A stretch of DNA of 63,174 bases, counting the filler, from Octopus bimaculoides (lineage: Eukaryota): NCBI RefSeq assembly GCF_001194135.2. It is 8 parts of 6 records of this genome, joined end to end, with 100 filler letters (N's around TTAATTAATTAA, not from the genome) between each part and the next. Parts side by side here need not be neighbours in the genome. Positions count along the whole stretch, not along the records: positions 50,459 to 61,451 come from NC_069003.1; positions 61,552 to 63,174 come from NC_068987.1; 6 more parts are not named here. One strand, 5' to 3'. How positions within the stretch are numbered: position 1 is the first letter of the stretch; every line of letters starts with the position of its first letter. Below the pieces are notes generated by a model. The model did no database searches. It saw only the letters and a program-made list of their open reading frames with translations, and had not been told where the DNA came from. The translations under genes and the position numbers were made by a program. Of this stretch, positions 54,746-63,174 are shown in pieces.

Positions 54746-55924
54746 CAAGGGTAAAGTGGAAAGATGTAATGTGACTAAATATGGTCTATTATTGCAGTCC
54801 ACACACTTCTTCCATTGATGTTGCAGTTCTTGGAGCCCATTGATGAAGAAGCTTACATCCTGTTGACCAAAAAAGTTACCAACAGCAGATATGACGTCAT
54901 CACTGCAATACTGGGTCCCAGCCATGTGTCTTTCATGTTAGTGAACAGATGATAGTCAGACGGGGCTAAATCAAGGGAATAGGAATAGTGATCAACTAGT
55001 TCAAAGCCACAGCCACACATAGCAGCCATTGAAACCAAGGACATGTGTGCTGGAGCATTGTCCTGTTGAAAGAAAACCCCTTTCATCAGTTTTGCTGGGC
55101 GTTTGGTAACTGCTTCAGCATGTTGGCATAGTACACTCCATTGATGATGTAGCCCTTTTGAAGATAGTCAATAAATACAATGCCTTTTGCATACCAAATA
55201 ACTAAGGCCATCACCTTCCCTGCGGATGGTCTTCTTTTGACGGAGTTTCCAATGCATGAATTCTCTCTGGCTTAAAGTGATGAACCTTACACTCACCACA
55301 AGTTACGATATGTTGAGGCTAGATCTGCCTCACACAATTTCAGATTTTTGTATCATGTGACCAGCCTGGTGCACTTTTGATCAGGTGTCAGAAGAGCATG
55401 GCACCCATCAAGCATCATGCCCATCATGCCAAGTTCATTGTGCAGAATATTCTCAACTCTCACGGGATATGCTAATAACATTGGCTATTTGATTTATAAT
55501 CAATCACTTGTTATCCATGTGGTGAACATGATCAATGTTTTCCTCAGTGGTGGCAGTTGTGGAACATCCAGACATTGGGTCATCTTCAAGACTCTCCCTT
55601 TCCCCACTAAATTCAACTGCCCACTTTTGCACTGTTGATAAAGCTGCAGCATCATCCTGTAAGGTAGCAACCATGTCAGCATAAACGTCCTTGGGGTCTA
55701 AAGTCTTTTTCTGAAGATACAGATAACACCACGATGCCAAATTTTATTTCTTTTTGAGAGACGTTGCTACTAGTTACTTTTGAAGTCTTCTTTGAACAAT
55801 TAGATGTCAGTTTACCTGAAAGGAAACAATGCAGTAATTAATAGGTAGAGCTGAGATGAAAGCATGCAAGATTTCTAGCATCACTCCTTCATAGTCAGCC
55901 TATGATCATTTCAGCCCACTCTCG
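54746..55924 (-). mobile_element. Decayed mariner transposon (second family)
   Basis: KDVYADMVATLQDDAAALSTVQKWAVEF..LEDDPMSG, FFQQDNAPAH..SLDLAPSDYHLF; CGAGAGTGGGCTGAAA-type end at ~55924. Confidence 0.85.
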
Positions 55925-57094
55925 CACCTATTGGTGAGCTGATTCATTTTTTATATTGTTTAAGAGAACCAAATTAGTTTTGTAACATGCCCATGATGGT
56001 CGCTGTTTTAATGCATTTAAAAGTCTTAAAGTAGCTGTACAAACAATTATTATTTACATACATCATCATCATCATCATCATTTAATGTCTGTTGTCCATG
56101 GGTTGGACAGTTTGACCAGTGCTGGTCTGATTTGGCATGGTTTTCTATAGCTGGATACCCTCTGTTTTCTACAGCTGTATACAGCCAACCACTCTGAGAG
56201 TGTAATGGGTGCTTTTTATGTGCCACCAGCATGGGTACCATTTGTGTGACACCAGTATCTGCCATGACTGCAATTTTGCTTAGCTCAGTGGATCTTCTAC
56301 TCAAGCACAACATAATGCCAAAGGTCTCAGTCATTGCCTCCATGAGGCCCAACACTCAAAAGGAGCTCAGCCACTTTGCCTCAATGAGGCCCAATGCTTG
56401 AAAGGTGTTCTTTACGTGCCACCGGCAGGGGTGTGAGTTACGTGACACCAGCATCAGCCATGTCTACCTCATTTACAAATGAATTCAGTTCTTCGATCTT
56501 TCAGGGAAAATATATTCATTACATTATCATAGATATCTTCTGTTTTAATCAGTTGTTGAAGTAAATCTTTTTCAATTGACTAAGATTGACATAAGTTCAA
56601 AATATTTTAGAAAAGAAATATGCATGTGTGTGTGTGTGTGTGTGTGTATGTGTGTGTGTGAATTGAAAGTCAATTTGAATAAAATGGAGAATAATCTTAA
56701 TAACTCAATGAAGCAACAAAAGATCCTGGTCAAAAAGGAGAAAATTCAACTTACGTGGGACAGACGAAAAAAGTCCAGCAATGTAACAAGGAACATTAGA
56801 TACCAAAGGGAAAATAAATAATTTTGTCCCCTTGGCAAAACTTTGGTCCGGGATAGCAGAACTGATCTAACTGACAGAGAATTTTGAAAGGGCTTTTATT
56901 TTTAGTCTGAGGTCAAATGGTCAAATCCATTTGACCATGCAGTCAGTCTTTAGACTTTGGGACTAAATTACAAAGAACTGACAGAACATAGAGAGAGAGC
57001 TATTGTCAGATAGTGTGAGGTATTGACAGATCGAGAGAGGAGACCAAAGACAAGAACCTTCATCCATTTTTAACATTGCATGACTTCGAAGCTA

Positions 57095-57212
57095 TTACTT
57101 TATCCAGATTACAAGTTCAGATTTATACCTGTAATTATTGGGGCATTGGGATATATAACACACTGCCCAAGTACAATCTTGAGAAATTAGGCTTCTCAAA
57201 ACCAGAAAGAAG
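57095..57212 (+). mobile_element. 118-bp inverted copy of the adjacent R4 REL segment
   Basis: Reverse complement of 57819-57936 with 5 mismatches counted by eye. Confidence 0.9.
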
Positions 57213-57514
57213 CTATTTTTAATAGGATAGGAAATGAGGTCAGAATAGAACTAACTCCTATAATCCAAGTAACGCTATGTTCATACTGCATCTGACTGTC
57301 TTCTTCAAAACAAATTAATGAGTTAGTTTCATTTTCACTGATTTTGAAGACTTTTTGATGTAGTTACATATAAATTACATTATTAGATTTATTTTTGATT
57401 CATATAAAAAATAAATGGTTATGCAATGCATGAGTTGCATAGCCGGAGTACATGCCACTGGTATGTATGTATGTGTGTATGTATGTATGTATGTATGTAT
57501 GTATGTATGTATAT

Positions 57515-59560
57515 GTCATTATTCAGTTTTATTTCAAGATTTCTTGCCAATAAAGAGAGATCCAGTTTCTAACCCAGGCTCCTTCATTGAACTTTCAATG
57601 ACATCAACAGGATATTTTTGCATGCATGTATGTATATATGCAGTATTTGGAGTCAGTGTATGTACAGATTTGTATGTTTTGTTTTATGTATCTATTTCAT
57701 GCATACAGTTGCATGTCTAGACATGTGCATATATACTTAAAGGATAAACTTCTGGAAAGTTTTACAGATTTTTACAGTTCCAGTGATGGCTTGGATCTGT
57801 AGTCTTTGAATCAACTTTCTTCTTTCTGGTTTTGAGAAGCCTAATTTCTCAAGATTGTACTTAGGCAGTGTGTTACATATCCCAATGCCCAAATAATTAC
57901 AGGTGTAAATCTGAACTTGTAATCTGGATAGAGTAACTGTAGATATCTCAATAGTTCAGCATAAGTATTTCCTTTTTCGCTGATCTTTAGCTTTATGTTA
58001 ACATCTGTTGGGCAGCTGATTTCCACAACTGTACACAGTTTGTCTTCTCTATCCCAAATCACTATGTCAGGTCTATTATGTTTACATTTTATTGAGGCTT
58101 TCACTGGGACATTCCACCTGTACACATTATCATGAGTTGTTATGGCTTCTACAATACTGTGGGTTCTTATTTCTTTGGCTTCTGGGTTATCTATCCAATG
58201 GATCTCATCATACAGAGTCTTAACTACATGTCTCATCGGAAGATAATACCATGATGACATCTTTGGACAACTACTTATGATGTGGGTGATATCTTCGGTG
58301 TTAACACCACAAAGTCTGCATCACTTATCACATTTTCCTGCTTTTCCCGTCTCTATCCGTTTTGGGCATCAGGTATTTGGTTGATATTTTCTGTTCTTGG
58401 GTTGCAAATGCATACCCTTCAAAGTGGGAGTTAGTAATCCTGTTGGTCCATGATAGACTGCTTTGATGATCAATGTTAGGGTTAGGGTTATCATCCCAGA
58501 GCTTTTTGCTAACATCCATGCATGATCTTCTGCTGATGTATGCTCATCCTTTCATCTGATTATACATTATGGTAGTCGTGCAACTTCTTTGGGCATGTAT
58601 TTAAAGTTATCAGACATAGAATGCTGCTCAAGAAACTACTTTCCAAATCTCATGATGTCATCAACCTCATGTATTCAAATTGGTCAAAGGATGCACTTTG
58701 ACACTTTGTGGTTAAAAGATGTTGTCGAAGGGATATGATAGGACATTCAAAGGCATTCTTGATCAATGTTAAGCCTCTGTACCCTTGCTTATGTTTTAGG
58801 TAGATGTTGTCTATGTCGCTGTTAATGTAGAAATTATGTGTGTTGGTTAGTATCTTCCAGGTTTTCACATCAATGGCTCAGATCTCATCAAATGTCCAAT
58901 CAAGTAGCCCAAATGTTGGTATGAGTGGGCCACTGTTTTATTGAATGCAGAGAGTTCTGAGGTCCATACTTTTTTTATTCAGCTGTAATATTCTTTAGTG
59001 ACACATGTTTTATTACAGGTGCCATCGTAAGATATGTTTTCATCCACCCCTAGGTACCTGTAACATTACTCATCAGTCACAGGAGAAACAGCTAGGTCAT
59101 TGATGAAGATCCTGCTAGTCTGATTTACAGTTTTTCCTCTTTTCACAACCATATAGCAACATTTATCCTGACCAAACCCCAACCCCATATCCTTTGAGAA
59201 TGTTGTAACTAGGTCAAGGCTCTTTTCTATCTCATGCATATTCTTTGCATAAAGTTTTAAGTCATCCACAAAGAGACAGTGTGTAATTTTGGTATTTCTG
59301 TTTCCTTGTGAACCAGTGAGATACCCTTCAGACTTCCTTAACATGAATGACAAGGGGTTTACAGAAAGTATAAACAGCATCACAGAGAGGCTGTCCCCTT
59401 GAAACATACCTCTGTGATGCTGTATTCTATCATCGATAATACAATCACTCCTTGTATTTAACTTCAAGACCATGGCCCATGATGAAGTCAGGTCAGCTAT
59501 GGCTTTCATTGTATTATCACTTACTGGAACTTTAGCAAGTTGAAGGGCTTCTAGCATCCA
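57515..59560 (-). mobile_element. R4/Dong-clade LINE, 5'-truncated (RT + REL domain + 3'UTR)
   Basis: RGMFQGDSLSVMLF..HCLFVDDLKLYAK..GQDKC (RT); AFATQEQKISTK; HNRPDIVIWDREDKLCTVVEISCPTD..TPVIIWALG (REL); the 3'UTR runs into (TACA)n at ~57460-57514. Confidence 0.92.
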
Positions 59561-59746
59561 TGAGTGGGGGACAGAGTCAAAGGCTTTCTTCTAGTCCAGT
59601 CACATTGAAACTAGGTTCCTTCTATGCTGCCACACCTCTGACATTACAGATTTGTAATTACCTTCTTCACAGCTGCTTGTTCTGCTGTGATGGTGTTATT
59701 ACTTTCACAATGGTCAGTAGAAGGTTAGCTTCTTGTACTAGTGCGT

Positions 59747-59780
<34 letters not shown>

Positions 59781-60298
59781 CTGTCTGTCTGTCTGTGTCT
59801 GTCTGTGCATGTTGGTATCACCATCATTGTTTTAATGTCCCCTTTTCCATGCAGCATGGGGTGAAATGGAATTCATTCCAAGTGATTTTTCTACAGCCAG
59901 ATATCATAATTGTTACTAAACCTCACCTGTTTCCAAGCAAAATAAACCAGCTATTGTCCAAGATAGACTATTCCCATTACATATGTTACTCCTCTAAATA
60001 TGGAAACAGTTATTGATAAACTTCCTACTACATTCATTAACAATGAAGCAGTTCAAAGTTGTTTATATGGGGTAACTGTACATTAAGGAATTGAACAGAC
60101 CATTTCCTGCAATTCAGACCATCTCATGGTCTTGGCAGACAAAATGGAAAACGTGTTGCCCCAGAGGATGGCAAGGGAGACGCATGGCCAGATATGTTCT
60201 TATGGAAGACTAGAAACAAACGATACCAGTTGTATGATGGTGTCACCTGTTTAACCATCATAGAATGTTAAGACAAGGAGACACAAAGCACAGATTCA

Positions 60299-60345
<47 letters not shown>

Positions 60346-61551
60346 ACATGCAGATACACAGACATACACACACGTATACACACATGTACCATGAGCTTCT
60401 GTCAGAATCTGTCTACCAAATTCACTCACAAATGATTGGCCTATGGCAGTTGTCTTCGACTCCATTTCTGATTGCATATAAATCATGAGTTTATCATGCA
60501 TGCAGACCCCAATTTCAGCCAATCAGAACTCATTGTCCATGTGTTAAGTTCCACAATTTTCTTTCAGTGATGGTATTATAAACAGACACTTTTAGCACAA
60601 AAAGCCAGTGGGAATTGAGACCCCATTTGTTACTCTCCCCAGAGAATTTCTCTCATATAGCTGTTTTCACAGCTCCATACTCAAACCAGCACAATTTTCC
60701 TAATAGCTGTTTTCCCATCTCTAACCCAGCTTGGAGATGGATGAAGAATCAACACAGCCATACTTTCATGAAGCCTTGTACAAAAATATAGCAATAAATG
60801 TTGTATACAAGCTGTCACCAAATCTTTGTCATGACCAATGCTATAGATCTGTTCAAGGCTAGAGTACAAAACACTTGCCCAACATGCCATACACTGGGAC
60901 TGAACTGGAAAGCAAACTTCTTAACCACAAAGAGAAAACTGACAGAGAAAGTCCCATTGAAGAACATTGTACTCAATACTGACATACTGAGAGCATTGAA
61001 AGCTGGTGCACTAAAGATTATAATAAGAAAATATTGACAATAGTTTGTAAAATAATCATTGTATGCTTAAATATCCATATACAAATCTAAAAATAGTGTA
61101 GGAAATTTGAAATGGGTATATATAGTGTATTGGGAATGTACACCCTCACTCTATAAATACACATACATATATATATATCTGTGTGCGTATGTGTATAAAT
61201 AGATAGATACATACATACATACATACATACTCTCATGCTCACACATATATTTTATATATATATACTCTTTACTTGTTTCAGTCAATTGACTGCGGCCATG
61301 CTGGAGCACCACCTTTAGTCGAGCAAATCAACCCTAGGACTTATTCTTTGGAAACCTAGTACTTATTCTATCGGTCTCATTTGCCGAACCGCTAAGTTAC
61401 GGGGACGTAAACACACCAGCATCGGTTGTCAAACGATGTTGGGGGGGGGGGNNNNNNNNNNNNNNNNNNNNNNNNNNNNNNNNNNNNNNNNNNNNTTAAT
61501 TAATTAANNNNNNNNNNNNNNNNNNNNNNNNNNNNNNNNNNNNNNNNNNNN

Positions 61552-62170
61552 CCATCATCTTAACAATGACAACATCCTTCAAACTTTCACATTTCATCAT
61601 AATTCCAGAGAAAGATGAATAATGAAAAATATACAAATGGAAAAAAGATTAACAAAATGCTTAATCAAATTTGTTTCAATCAGTTTAAGTGTAAATTGAA
61701 TTCTGTTATGATTTATTTGTTTTAAATAAGATGGTATTTTTATTTCATAAAAATATTTATGGTTTTCTCAGTTTCTTAGGTCCTTTTCACATTTCTTTCT
61801 CCATCTCTTTTCTTATCTCCCTTTCTCTCACTCCTTATATCCCTTCCTTTCTTCTGTTCTTTCTCCCTCACTCTCTCCCCCTCACTCTCTCTCCCTCACT
61901 CTCTCTAACTATTTGTCTGCCTATCTCTATTTTGCTCTGTTTGTCACCTGAATGAATAAATAATAGTATAGATATGTGAGAAACTCAGAGTAGTGAAGTT
62001 GCAAGAAAGTGAATCATCAGCTTCAAACAAAGAAATATACTATATTATATGTATCAACTACCATTTCTTTGTTTATGTACCAGTGTGCATGTGTACACAC
62101 ACACACGTACATATACACATGCACACACGTGTGTGTGTGTTTATATATCTATCTGTTTGTCTGTCTGTCT

Positions 62171-62204
<34 letters not shown>

Positions 62205-62237
62205 ACATATATATATGTAGAAGGTTGNNNNNNNNNN

Positions 62238-62271
<34 letters not shown>

Positions 62272-63174
62272 TTCGTGTATATTCTATATCAAAGAGTGAT
62301 GAATTTGTTGTATATGTGGGTGTAAGAAATTTTGTCATTAAAGCTGGGGATTTGTGTATATAGTTTCAAGCTACCATAAGTGGATATAAAATGTAGGTTC
62401 ATTAGTATATATACTTAGATACATAAGTGAAACGACTTTGTCATTTTAATTTTACAGCTACACCATGCACACATATGTGCATATGCACACAAACATGCAT
62501 ATCTAGATAATTAGACAGATACTGATGATGAATCCAGATGCAGAACTGCAGCAAATCATTAGGTAATAATTATTGGCATCACAACTATATAAATGAATAC
62601 TTGAGCTGATTGGGATACCAATACACCCTCTCATCACTTACGTGAATATATATGTACATATACGTACACACACATATCAATAAATATATATTTATAAATG
62701 TACATATATATGGTTATATGTATGTATTAATCCACTACCTCATCCAGTGTGGCCTACACTTTATAATAACTCCACTGCTATTATAACTATCCTCATTGTC
62801 ATCCCTGCAAGCGCTATCACAACTCCACCATTATAACACCCCACCACCACCAGCATCACTACCACCACCATGACAATTACTATTGCCATGTCACCACCAT
62901 CTCTACAAGCACTACTGCAATACCACCACCTCTAGCAGCACCAATATCCCCACAAATGCCATCATCTTAACAATGACAACATCCTTCAAACTTTCACATT
63001 TCATCATAATTCCAGAGAAAGATGAATAATGAAAAATATACAAATGGAAAAAAGATTAACAAAATGCTTAATCAAATTTGTTTCAATCAGTTTAAGTGTA
63101 AATTGAATTCTGTTATGATTTATTTGTTTTAAATAAGATGGTATTTTTATTTCATAAAAATATTTATGGTTTTC
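61552..63174. repeat. Exact 216-bp direct repeat (61552-61767 = 62959-63174)
   Basis: Appears identical on inspection; both copies abut a segment or window edge. Confidence 0.9.

Noticed and set aside
56715-56800. KDPGQKGENSTYVGQTKK (collagen-like or GIY-YIG-like)
   Set aside because: Too short, bounded by stops, no supporting flanking motifs; nearby minus-strand splice signals are equally unsupported.

Overview
AT-rich, microsatellite-saturated animal genomic DNA; the SINE families and repeat landscape look octopus/cephalopod-like (inference, not database-checked). It is not one contiguous locus: seven identical 100-bp spacers (44 N + TTAATTAATTAA + 44 N) join eight segments, and there are many other N gaps. 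No complete protein-coding gene, rRNA, tRNA gene or CRISPR array is supportable. Most listed ORFs are translations of (TA)n/(CA)n/(TACA)n repeats or run through gaps. Identifiable content is transposon debris: a young, internally deleted Gypsy LTR element with a tRNA-Leu PBS next to a 25/26-bp minisatellite; a Helitron 3' end; five Tc1/mariner remnants plus MITEs; RTE and R4/Dong-type (REL) LINE fragments; Penelope-like GIY-YIG remnants; and many copies of four SINE-like families. The most notable structure is at 52140-52765: a ~300-bp unit in inverted plus partial-tandem arrangement that carries a consensus type I hammerhead ribozyme on the minus strand and a degenerate copy on the plus strand (retrozyme / Penelope pLTR-like). 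A few isolated splice-signal-bounded exon candidates are reported at low confidence.
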